Notes under the pieces: model-generated
Told to the model about the DNA's origin: nothing
The model's input: the letters and a program-made list of their open reading frames with translations, nothing else
The model's database searches: none
Program-made: the position numbers and the translations under genes
Virus record (IMG/VR): IMGVR_UViG_3300020048_000039
Location: 1 to 64,000 of that record
Length of the DNA stretch: 64,000 nucleotides
Strand: one strand, 5' to 3'
Source: a virus
Part shown: positions 49,356-58,627 of the stretch, in pieces
Layout: each line of letters opens with the position of its first letter
How positions within the stretch are numbered: the first letter of the stretch is position 1

Positions 49356-51722
49356 ATGGCAATAATTATAAATGATAACTTGGCTATTAACGTAGGAAAA
49401 CCTGTTGATAGCAAGTACATGAACATCGCAACACCGTGGACATCGGTTCTTGATGCTAATACGAATATTCCCTTGTCTTATAGATATTTGGGATTAACAG
49501 TTAATGTTAATAATGTTGAATATTGGTATCAAAATAGTCTTGCTGATGTTGGCTTGGTTATTAAATCATTAGGTGGTACATTAACTGGTGCAACAAATGG
49601 TTTAACTATAGCTGGTGCAAAAGTGAGATTAGGTGGTACAATAACGGGAACAACTACATTTATTGATAGTAGATTAGCTCCAAGAGGTCTTGAATATGGT
49701 GCTGATTATAGCACTACATTTACAGCACGTTCACTTGTTGATAGAGGATATGTTGATGGTGTTGCAAGTGGATTAAAGGCAAAAGAAGCTGTATTGGTAG
49801 CAAGTAGTAGTAATGTAACTCCATTCCTACCAACTGGCTTAACTACTTTTGATGGTGTACCATTATCTGTTGGTGATAGAATATTATTTAAAAATCAAAT
49901 AAATGGTATTGAAAATGGTATTTACAGCGCAAGTACTGGAACTTGGGGTCGTACTGATGACTTTGATGGCACACCAAGTGGTGAAGTAGCAAGTGGAGTA
50001 TATATGTGGGTTTTAAGCGGTAATACTAATAAAGGTACTGCGTGGGTTCTAAATACAGATAATCCAATAATTGGTCTTTCTGCGTTAACATTTGTACAAT
50101 TTAATCAGGTTGCTGGTCTTACTGGTGGAGTTGGTATTATTGTTAGTGCACAAACTGGAAATTATATAATTAGTTTTGATGGTGCTAATGTAGCTGGCAG
50201 TGGTTTAACTTGGAATGGCACACAATTAAATGTTGTTGATATTTCAGATATGAGTGGCGCAACAAATGGCTTAACAAGAGTTGGTGCTAATGCTACTCTT
50301 GGTGGAACGTTAACTGGTAATACTTTTATTGAATTACCAGTTGGTGTTAAAAGAAGTTTCATTGTCGGTCAAGATGATACTAACTGGCATGGTGGTAGAA
50401 TTGAGGTTTGTACGGATAGTATCCTCACAGGTGATACTGCATTTATTGGTGCAAGACACGATGCCACGTGTTATAGTCAAATTCAAATAACAGCCATGTC
50501 TGGAATGACAATGACAAGTTGTTATGAAGGTGGTTCGTATGGTGATTCACACTTAGTAAGACTTGGTAATCGTGCATTAGAATATGGTGGTAATTATTAC
50601 TCAGACTTCAACACAAACCCACGTAGTATTCCTGATGTGGCATTTGTAACTGGTCAAACTGGCTCAATAAGTGCTGTAAACGGATTAAATAGAAGCGGAA
50701 ATAATGTAGTTCTTGGTGGCTCAATGACTGGTGACACTGTGATTAATGGTGTTGGTTATGATTTGTCTTTAGGTAGTTCATCAAACAGATTTGATAAAAT
50801 ATGTCTTGATGCACAAGGAATTTTAATGAATTCAAGTGGTGCAACATATATTGATGCAAGAATAAATCCAGCTACGCAAAGTGCTATTGAATATGGTGCT
50901 TGTTATCATGCTGGCTATACAAATCGTACCCTTGTTGATAAAGAATATGTTGATATTAAAGTTGTTTCTACCATTCCTGTTACTGGTGCTACAAATGGCT
51001 TGACTTTAACCAATAGTAAAGTTATTCTTGGTGGTGCTTTAACTGGCACAACAACTGTTAACATAAATAATAACAGTCTTAGGTTTATTTCTGATAGTGG
51101 TACAACATATGGATTGGTTAACATAGGTATGAATAGTACATATGCTAATTCAAAAATAGGCATATGTTCACGTGACGGCAGTGGTGCAATTTGGGGATGG
51201 TCGGGAAATTCAACAATACTTATATCATATCATTACGCAAATGCAACCAACGGCAACAGTATTTCAATCAACAACAGTAATATTGTAATGTCAAATTTAA
51301 CTGGTGCTTCCCCCAAAACAGTTTGTTTGGGCACATCGGGTATGACATATGCAGCATGTTATCATCCATCATATAGTAGCCGTTCGTTAGTTGATAAAGA
51401 ATTTGTTCAGAATTGCGTTGCTGAAATGTCAAATATTATTCATGTTACAAACACTGGTGTTGCTGGTTATACTGCAACATTAGCAGACGATTTTATTGGT
51501 GTCAGCGGTTCAACATGTGTTTGTTTATACCCTACACCAATCCAAGGACAGAAGGTTATTGTTTCTGATATTTGTGGAAATGCTTTAAATACACAAATAT
51601 TTATTAATGGCAATGGTAAGAAAATCAATGATGGTCTAATTTCAACAATTAGTACTAACTATGGTGCTGTTACCTATATATATAATGGATATTGTTGGAG
51701 TACAATAGCTTTTGTTAATTAA
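49356..51722 (+). CDS. modular tail fibre protein
   Basis: Four RSLVD..YV and four NGL...LGG.LTG.T modules; capsid-decoration-like segment (VGDRILFKNQ..ENGIY...W.R..D). Confidence 0.8.
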   Translation: MAIIINDNLAINVGKPVDSKYMNIATPWTSVLDANTNIPLSYRYLGLTVNVNNVEYWYQNSLADVGLVIKSLGGTLTGATNGLTIAGAKVRLGGTITGTTTFIDSRLAPRGLEYGADYSTTFTARSLVDRGYVDGVASGLKAKEAVLVASSSNVTPFLPTGLTTFDGVPLSVGDRILFKNQINGIENGIYSASTGTWGRTDDFDGTPSGEVASGVYMWVLSGNTNKGTAWVLNTDNPIIGLSALTFVQFNQVAGLTGGVGIIVSAQTGNYIISFDGANVAGSGLTWNGTQLNVVDISDMSGATNGLTRVGANATLGGTLTGNTFIELPVGVKRSFIVGQDDTNWHGGRIEVCTDSILTGDTAFIGARHDATCYSQIQITAMSGMTMTSCYEGGSYGDSHLVRLGNRALEYGGNYYSDFNTNPRSIPDVAFVTGQTGSISAVNGLNRSGNNVVLGGSMTGDTVINGVGYDLSLGSSSNRFDKICLDAQGILMNSSGATYIDARINPATQSAIEYGACYHAGYTNRTLVDKEYVDIKVVSTIPVTGATNGLTLTNSKVILGGALTGTTTVNINNNSLRFISDSGTTYGLVNIGMNSTYANSKIGICSRDGSGAIWGWSGNSTILISYHYANATNGNSISINNSNIVMSNLTGASPKTVCLGTSGMTYAACYHPSYSSRSLVDKEFVQNCVAEMSNIIHVTNTGVAGYTATLADDFIGVSGSTCVCLYPTPIQGQKVIVSDICGNALNTQIFINGNGKKINDGLISTISTNYGAVTYIYNGYCWSTIAFVN

Positions 51723-51819
51723 TGATTGCTGAAAATTAAGTGAATTTACTGAGATAATTTACTGCAATTATAACTAATTTATATTAAGCGGAAAATAGAA
51801 AAAAATAAAATAGAAAATT

Positions 51820-54786
51820 ATGGCTTTTAACACAAAAATATTACTAAGTAATAATAAAGTTTGTCAGGCAGATGCAGATGTATTAACATTATGTGGAGAT
51901 ACAAGCATTGATGCAGTCGGCACATTAAAATATTCAACCGACCAAAACAGTTCGTTTGTAGCTCGTTCTATCGTTGATGCTGGTTATGTGACTGGTAAAA
52001 CAGGCGCACTTGCTACAAGGGTTACTGCAATTGAAGGTAAATACCTTTCAGGAGCAACTAACGGTATTGGTTTTACTGGTAAACAAGTTTGTTTAGGTGG
52101 TAACTTAGTTACAAACACTACTATTGGTGGTGCTTTCACGATGGGATTTAACAACTCGGTAATAAATCTTACAGGTACTTCGGGAATAAATATTAATGCT
52201 CCTGCTGGTGCATTTAAATTAATTACACAGCCTTCAACTGGCGGTGTTAGTGATTCAATTCTTGTAAGAGCAAGTGACGGTACAATTAAACAAATAGCAG
52301 GAACTTCTCTTGGTGCTGTTACTGGTGCAACAAATGGTTTGAGTATAACAGGTCAAAAGGTTGTATTGGGTGGTGCTTTAACTGGTGATACTGCTATTGC
52401 TACTGCTGATAATGATTTGACAATACTTAATACTTCGTTAATTGGTCTTACTGTATGTGTAGGTGATGTAGCTATTGGTGATTATAGTTCTCTTACTCCA
52501 AAAGGTTATGTTGTTGCTCAACCTCAAAGCAATGTCGTACTATATACTGAATCTGCTAATGGTCTATGTTATTCCAGTGTGTATTTAGGTCAGTGCAATT
52601 TTGAAATGGTTACAGATGACACAAATCGTTATACTGCAATATATTCAAATAGTGATGCAGTATCGTTGTGTGGCTATTCTGGTGGAACTGAGGCTATTAT
52701 GTGTGTCACTTCAAACGGAAGTATTTTGTTAGGGGGTGTTGCTACTACTGGTTTTGTTGGTGCTCAATATGATATTGATTATAGTCCTAATTTTATTGCA
52801 CGTTCACTTGTTGATAAAGAATATGTTGATAATAGTTTTACTGCAAATAATGGTTTAAATAAAATTGGAACTAATGTACGTTTAGGTGGTGATTTAACTG
52901 GTAATACTATTATTAGTACAAGTACGAATAGCCTAATAATAACTGGTGGTACTAATAAATTTGGTGTTTGGTTAGTTCCAGATGAAATAAGGATTGGTAA
53001 CTACAATAACTTGCCAACATTTCCCTATGCTAATTTATATATATATCCCAAATCATTTAGTTTAGCAGCTACTTCTGGTACGAGTAATTCAAAATATGTT
53101 ACGGTTACTGGTGTTGTTGATACCTTTGAGAACGGTGGAGCATATCTTGATGTTCAGGTTGGTTGTCAAATTGGTAATTATGTGGGTTATTGCATGAGTC
53201 CCGATGAATTTACTATTTGTGGTAAAAATACTGCTTTCCAAGGTGCTAAATATTATGACTTAGAAGCTGCTGATTATCGTGCTAATTTTGTTTGTAATTC
53301 ACTTGTGGACGCTGCTTATGTAACAGGTATAACCGCAACAATAGGTATTCAAACAGCAAATAACGGTTTGACTAAATTAGGAACAAACGTTGTTCTCGGT
53401 GGTGCTTTAACTGGTGAAACTATTTTTAATGTTGATTTGGGTAGCATGGTTTTTTGTAGCAATATTAATGATTTTATTACGATAATCAATAGTGCTTGTT
53501 TATATGTTGGAGACACTAATTGTATCAATTGTATTAGTATGAGTTGTAATGATACAAATATAAATTATTCTGGTGTTACGTCATCCACACAATATTATCA
53601 AGATGCAAATCTTATTTGTCTTAGTACTTCTGATAATATAGGTGCTGAAATTTATAATGCGTTAAGTATTAGTACGACAGATATGAGTGTTTGTGGCAAT
53701 GAACTGAATTTTCAAGGTCTTCAATATGGTGCTGATTATAGTGCAAATTATATAGCACGTTCACTTGTTGATGCAGCATATGTAACTGGTTTGACTACTA
53801 CATCTGGTATTCAAACTGCAAGTAATGGCTTATGTAAATCAGGAACTGTTGTAAAATTAGGCTCGCCATTAACTGAAAATACTATTATTAATGGTGGTGC
53901 ATTTAATTTATGTTTGGGTCAAAGCGGTTCAATATTGGGCACTGTTAATATTTGTGCTACTTCATTAGTGGAATGTACAAGCGGTGCATATAGTCAATAT
54001 AGCACAACAAGTCTCACATGCACTTCGAGTACATTAGACTTACGCTCAACTGGTGCTGCTGGATTCTGCTCAACAGGTATAGCAACCGTTGTTGGTAGTT
54101 CAATCAACATAACTCCAACAACAACAGCCACAATTTTCGCAGGTAGTTGTGTTATTGCATGTGTTGGTACTTCTGCATTTAGTAAAGTCGAAGTAAAAGC
54201 GTCTGAATCGACATTGTTCTCTATGGGCACTGTAGCACTTAGCTTTGTTACCACATGTAATTCTGGTAACGTATATGTTTGTGGTAGTTCCAATGTAGTA
54301 ATAGGAGCACTTAATGGAGGTGTATGCCTCAATGGAGGCAATGGTGTATGCCTTACTGGTGGACTTAAATTAATAACAACTCCTGCTACTGGTGCATGTA
54401 CTGATGGTATTTTAGTTTGGAACTCAGGTGATAAAGAAATTAAGACCATTTCAACTGCTTCTGTCGGTGATAAAAATAATATTTATAGTAGAAAAATTGT
54501 CACAGCTTCAACTGGCTTAACCACAAACGATGCACTTGTGATTCTTGTTAATCATACTGCTCCCATTACAATTACCTTACCACCTATCCCAACAGATGGA
54601 TTGGCTTATAAAATTAAAGACGTAAGTTCTGCTGGTGCTTTAATAAACAATATCACAATCAATCGTAATGGTAAAAATATTAATGGTGGTGCTTCTGATG
54701 CTTTAATTAACACTTCTGGTGGCTCAATTGAACTTGTGTATGAAAATTCACTTGGTTCATGGTATATATTATCGTTCGTTAGCTAA
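51820..54786 (+). CDS. modular long tail fibre protein
   Basis: Same repeated modules (4-5 copies); C-terminal TLP...G..Y.IKD...NNITI domain. Confidence 0.8.
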   Translation: MAFNTKILLSNNKVCQADADVLTLCGDTSIDAVGTLKYSTDQNSSFVARSIVDAGYVTGKTGALATRVTAIEGKYLSGATNGIGFTGKQVCLGGNLVTNTTIGGAFTMGFNNSVINLTGTSGININAPAGAFKLITQPSTGGVSDSILVRASDGTIKQIAGTSLGAVTGATNGLSITGQKVVLGGALTGDTAIATADNDLTILNTSLIGLTVCVGDVAIGDYSSLTPKGYVVAQPQSNVVLYTESANGLCYSSVYLGQCNFEMVTDDTNRYTAIYSNSDAVSLCGYSGGTEAIMCVTSNGSILLGGVATTGFVGAQYDIDYSPNFIARSLVDKEYVDNSFTANNGLNKIGTNVRLGGDLTGNTIISTSTNSLIITGGTNKFGVWLVPDEIRIGNYNNLPTFPYANLYIYPKSFSLAATSGTSNSKYVTVTGVVDTFENGGAYLDVQVGCQIGNYVGYCMSPDEFTICGKNTAFQGAKYYDLEAADYRANFVCNSLVDAAYVTGITATIGIQTANNGLTKLGTNVVLGGALTGETIFNVDLGSMVFCSNINDFITIINSACLYVGDTNCINCISMSCNDTNINYSGVTSSTQYYQDANLICLSTSDNIGAEIYNALSISTTDMSVCGNELNFQGLQYGADYSANYIARSLVDAAYVTGLTTTSGIQTASNGLCKSGTVVKLGSPLTENTIINGGAFNLCLGQSGSILGTVNICATSLVECTSGAYSQYSTTSLTCTSSTLDLRSTGAAGFCSTGIATVVGSSINITPTTTATIFAGSCVIACVGTSAFSKVEVKASESTLFSMGTVALSFVTTCNSGNVYVCGSSNVVIGALNGGVCLNGGNGVCLTGGLKLITTPATGACTDGILVWNSGDKEIKTISTASVGDKNNIYSRKIVTASTGLTTNDALVILVNHTAPITITLPPIPTDGLAYKIKDVSSAGALINNITINRNGKNINGGASDALINTSGGSIELVYENSLGSWYILSFVS

Positions 54787-54809
54787 TAAACGAATGGGTT
54801 TTGAAAGGG

Positions 54810-54844
54810 GAGCACATGTTGGCACATGTTGCTCTTTTTTTTTT
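54810..54844 (+). terminator. intrinsic terminator
   Basis: GAGCACATG-TTGGCA-CATGTTGCTC followed by a long T-tract. Confidence 0.7.
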
Positions 54845-54909
54845 ATTTTTTTCATATTTATTCAAGATTTTCCATTTTTTTACGTATCTATAAAAAAATA
54901 TAAATTATA

Positions 54910-55845
54910 ATGGCTAAAGAAAAAAAAAAATCTATGAAAAATGATGGAACAATAAAACCAGAAGATAAATTTGTAATATTTCATACAGAGGGGGGGCACG
55001 GCAAGCAGTGCATGGCCACAGCAGTTTGTCGAGCATTAAAGAAAGCATATCCTGACAGAAAATTAATAGTAGTCACAGCGTGGGATGGTCCGTTCTTTTA
55101 TAATCCAGACGTGTGGCGTTTTTATACATTCGGACAAATGCAGTATTTTTATGATGATTATATCAATGCTGACACAAAAATATTCAGACAGGAAGTTTAT
55201 CACACAGAAGACCATATCTTGGGAAGAAAACATCTTGTACAATCATGGTGCGACATGATGGGTATTCCCTCAGACGGCATAAAACCAAAAATCTATTTAA
55301 ACCCCAGAGAGCTTGAAATAGCAAAGGATAAAATCAAACCAGATGGTAGACCCATAATGTTATTACAAACGCATGGCGGGTCTCCTACGGGGCAATACAG
55401 CAAGAAATCTTGGTATAGGGATATGCCGATTGAAATCGCACAGAAACTCGCTAATTATTACAGTAAATCATATCGTATTTTACATATTAAATCACCTGAA
55501 CAACCTGTTTTACAAAATGTAGAACCTCTTATTTTACCTTTCAGGGAATTGTATGCAGTTTTTCCTCTATCAACAAAAAGATTGTTTATTGATAGTTTTT
55601 CACAGCATGTCGCTGCTGCACTGGACTTACAAAGTACCGTTGTTTGGATTGGTAATAAACCCGAAGTATTCGGATATCCTGAACACATCAACGTAACCCC
55701 AAACGCAAATTATGTCAGAGAATTAAATAAGTTTAGCTATCTTGACCAGTTTGATATTAGTGGACAGATTCAACAGTTTCCATACGATACTGTCAACCTT
55801 TTAGACATAAATGAAATTATGAAAGCAGTTGATAGGCAAAAATAA
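54910..55845 (+). CDS. GT9-like (heptosyltransferase-fold) glycosyltransferase inside the fibre cluster
   Basis: GGHGKQ...TAV.RALKKAYPD; WYRDMP; LFIDSFSQHVAAAL...VVWIG. Confidence 0.7.
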   Translation: MAKEKKKSMKNDGTIKPEDKFVIFHTEGGHGKQCMATAVCRALKKAYPDRKLIVVTAWDGPFFYNPDVWRFYTFGQMQYFYDDYINADTKIFRQEVYHTEDHILGRKHLVQSWCDMMGIPSDGIKPKIYLNPRELEIAKDKIKPDGRPIMLLQTHGGSPTGQYSKKSWYRDMPIEIAQKLANYYSKSYRILHIKSPEQPVLQNVEPLILPFRELYAVFPLSTKRLFIDSFSQHVAAALDLQSTVVWIGNKPEVFGYPEHINVTPNANYVRELNKFSYLDQFDISGQIQQFPYDTVNLLDINEIMKAVDRQK

Positions 55846-55871
55846 GGCATTTTTATTAATGTGAATAAAAG

Positions 55872-55898
55872 AACCCGTCAAATCGATGGGTTTTTTTT
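55872..55898 (+). terminator. intrinsic terminator
   Basis: AACCCGTC-AAATC-GATGGGTTTTTTTT. Confidence 0.75.
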
Positions 55899-55927
55899 AT
55901 TATGCTAAATTAAGTTATGATTCTAAA

Positions 55928-55935
55928 GTATTTAT
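55928..55935 (+). promoter_or_regulatory. putative late promoter GTATTTAT
   Basis: Upstream of 55955. Confidence 0.55.
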
Positions 55936-55954
55936 CTATGTTAATTAAATTACT

Positions 55955-58627
55955 ATGGGACAATACGACAATAAACCAAATCTTAGCAATAATCAATTCG
56001 AGCAACGTACTGACGATACAATGATTTTGAGTGGAAACACATGTGTTCTCAAAATGGGAACATTTAGCTCAGATTCTGGATATCAAATCAGTGGAAGCAC
56101 AATTCTTAAAACGTCACCAAGCACAATAACTTCAATTTATTTGGGTCAAAATTCTGGCTGTAATGTTAGTAATGTTGGAATGAATAATATTGGTCTTGGC
56201 AGTTCGGCATTACGTTTTAACACAATTGGAATTAATAATGTTGCTATTGGTGCAAATACTTTATATGGTAATACTGGTGGCACTGAAAATGTCGCTCTTG
56301 GTACAGAAGCATTGTATTTAAACACAAACGGCAGTCAAAATGTTGCAATTGGTTTTCAGTCGCTATACCAAAATTGCAATGGTATTGGAAATGTTGCTAA
56401 TGGTTATAAATCGTTATGGAGTACAGAAATTGGTAATTATAATCTTGCTTTTGGCACTTGTGCATTATATGCAAATTGTGTTGGTAATGAGAATATTGCG
56501 TTAGGACATAATGCTTTGTTGAATAATACGAGTAGTTGTAATATTGCTATTGGTTCGGAAACTTTAAAGTCAAATACTACTGGCAATAATAATATTGCCT
56601 TTGGTACATGTGCATTATCTGGTAATACTTCTGGTTGTGAAAATGTTGCAATTGGTTATAGGTCATTGTTAAAAAATGTTGACGGCATTCAGAATATTGG
56701 TATTGGTTTAGGGTCATTGGCAAATAATGCTAATGGTAACATTAATATTGCTCTTGGTGTGAATAGTTTATGGAATAACATAAGTGGTAGTTATAACGTT
56801 GCTATAGGTTTGGATTCACAGAAGACTCTTACTACGGGACTATGGAATGTCTCGCTTGGTAATAATACATTGATTTGTAATGCGACTTCAAGTCAAAATA
56901 CAGCTATTGGTGATAGTGCTTTACTTTGTACGACTGGTAGTAATAACACTGGCGTTGGTCTTGGCGCATTAGCTAATAATATTGATGGTAATAATAATAC
57001 ATCTATTGGTTATCAATCTGGTCAAGTGAATATAAGTGGTTCACGTAATGTATATATTGGTGCATGTGCTGGTAGTGGTACAACACTATCCGATAAACTA
57101 TTCATTGCCAATTGCGGATTATGTAATTTAATTTATGGTGATTTTGCCTCTAATTTTGTAACACTGTCAACCTTAAAGCTTTGCTGTACCCCGTCAACTG
57201 GTGTGTGCACTGATAGCGTATTGGTTTGGAATGCCAGTACTTGTTGTGTAAAAAAACTTCCATATTCAAGTGGTGGTACTGGTAGCACAGCAACAATCAC
57301 CGCTAATAATGGTCTAACTAAATTAGACGATAATATTACTTTAGGCGGTACTTTAACAGGAAATACTACAATTAGTGGTGGTTATACACTGAGTTTATGT
57401 AGTGGTACTAAAATTAATACTGATGCAGGTTATCAGATAAGTGGGGTCACTATGTTTAGAACTTCTTCATCAGCGTTAGGTTCAATATATATTGGTCAAT
57501 GTAGTGGTAGTGATGTGTCTATTGGTGATAATAATTTTGGTGTAGGCTTATGTGCATTAGCATCTAACACAACTGGTAGTAATAACATTGCGCAAGGCAA
57601 TTATGCATTACAAGCCAATACTACAGGTTTTGGTAACATTGCGCAAGGCAATGGGGCATTATATGCCAATATAAGTGGTGTTAATAACATTGCACAAGGC
57701 AATTATGTGTTATATTGCAATACTACAGGTAGTAATAACATTGCACAAGGTTATGCTGCATTATATTGCAATACTACAGGTTGTCATAACGTTGCACAAG
57801 GCTGTTGTGCATTATATTGCAATACTACTGGTGGTAATAATGTTGCTATTGGCTATGGTAGTTTATTTAGAAATATTACTGGTGGTAATAATATTGGTAT
57901 TGGCTGTATGACAATTTCGTGTTCATCGAATTCGGCATATAATATCGCATTTGGTAATTGTACGTTAGGTAGAACAACAACTGGTAGTTATAACGTTGGT
58001 ATTGGTTTGACTGCTCTTGGTACTAATTCATCAGGTAGGGATAATATTGGAATTGGACAGTTTAGTGAGTTCAATAATACAACAGGTTGTTATAATGTTG
58101 CTGTTGGAAATAATTCGTTAAGAGCAAATACAACAGGTTGCTATAATGTTGGAATTGGAGTATGTGTTGGTTCGGGGGCTATAACTGTTTCAAATAACGT
58201 ATATATTGGTAGTTTTGCTGGCTCTGGAAACACTAATTCAAATAGACTTTATATTGCAAATTCACCAAATTGTACGTTAATTTATGGAGAATTTGATAAT
58301 AAATTAATTAAAATTGATGGCGATATTTGTTCTACTCAGAATATGTGCGCAACTAATTTTATATTAACATCGGACTGTCGGCTTAAGACGTGTATTATAC
58401 CAATACCAATTAGCACAATCTCTGCTGAATATAAACAATTTGAAATGTTAACCGAGCCAAATCAAATAAGATACGGAATAATTGCACAGGATTTACAAAT
58501 TGAAAATCCTGAATTAGTTAGAACTAATGAAGAAGGTATGTTATCTGTTGCATATATTGATTTACTTGTAAAAGAAATTGCATATCTTAAATATAAAATC
58601 TATGAATTAGAAGAAAAAATTGGATAA
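55955..58627 (+). CDS. trimeric beta-roll tail fibre with a C-terminal intramolecular chaperone (peptidase S74-like)
   Basis: Two blocks of 17-aa N.AIG..AL..NTTG repeats; C-terminal SDCRLK...YGIIAQDL...PELV...V.YIDL. Confidence 0.88.
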   Translation: MGQYDNKPNLSNNQFEQRTDDTMILSGNTCVLKMGTFSSDSGYQISGSTILKTSPSTITSIYLGQNSGCNVSNVGMNNIGLGSSALRFNTIGINNVAIGANTLYGNTGGTENVALGTEALYLNTNGSQNVAIGFQSLYQNCNGIGNVANGYKSLWSTEIGNYNLAFGTCALYANCVGNENIALGHNALLNNTSSCNIAIGSETLKSNTTGNNNIAFGTCALSGNTSGCENVAIGYRSLLKNVDGIQNIGIGLGSLANNANGNINIALGVNSLWNNISGSYNVAIGLDSQKTLTTGLWNVSLGNNTLICNATSSQNTAIGDSALLCTTGSNNTGVGLGALANNIDGNNNTSIGYQSGQVNISGSRNVYIGACAGSGTTLSDKLFIANCGLCNLIYGDFASNFVTLSTLKLCCTPSTGVCTDSVLVWNASTCCVKKLPYSSGGTGSTATITANNGLTKLDDNITLGGTLTGNTTISGGYTLSLCSGTKINTDAGYQISGVTMFRTSSSALGSIYIGQCSGSDVSIGDNNFGVGLCALASNTTGSNNIAQGNYALQANTTGFGNIAQGNGALYANISGVNNIAQGNYVLYCNTTGSNNIAQGYAALYCNTTGCHNVAQGCCALYCNTTGGNNVAIGYGSLFRNITGGNNIGIGCMTISCSSNSAYNIAFGNCTLGRTTTGSYNVGIGLTALGTNSSGRDNIGIGQFSEFNNTTGCYNVAVGNNSLRANTTGCYNVGIGVCVGSGAITVSNNVYIGSFAGSGNTNSNRLYIANSPNCTLIYGEFDNKLIKIDGDICSTQNMCATNFILTSDCRLKTCIIPIPISTISAEYKQFEMLTEPNQIRYGIIAQDLQIENPELVRTNEEGMLSVAYIDLLVKEIAYLKYKIYELEEKIG
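57277..57629 (+). repeat. 353-bp direct repeat, copy 1 (copy 2 at 63031-63383; 66-bp third copy at 60516-60581)
   Basis: 8 mismatches, all within 57327-57367; 57368-57629 is identical to 63122-63383. Confidence 0.93.

Noticed and set aside
57403-57412. TnpB guide target in fibre genes (GTACTAAAA, also near 63159)
   Set aside because: Only about 9 nt of AT-rich identity, not anchored at the guide 5' end; expected by chance.
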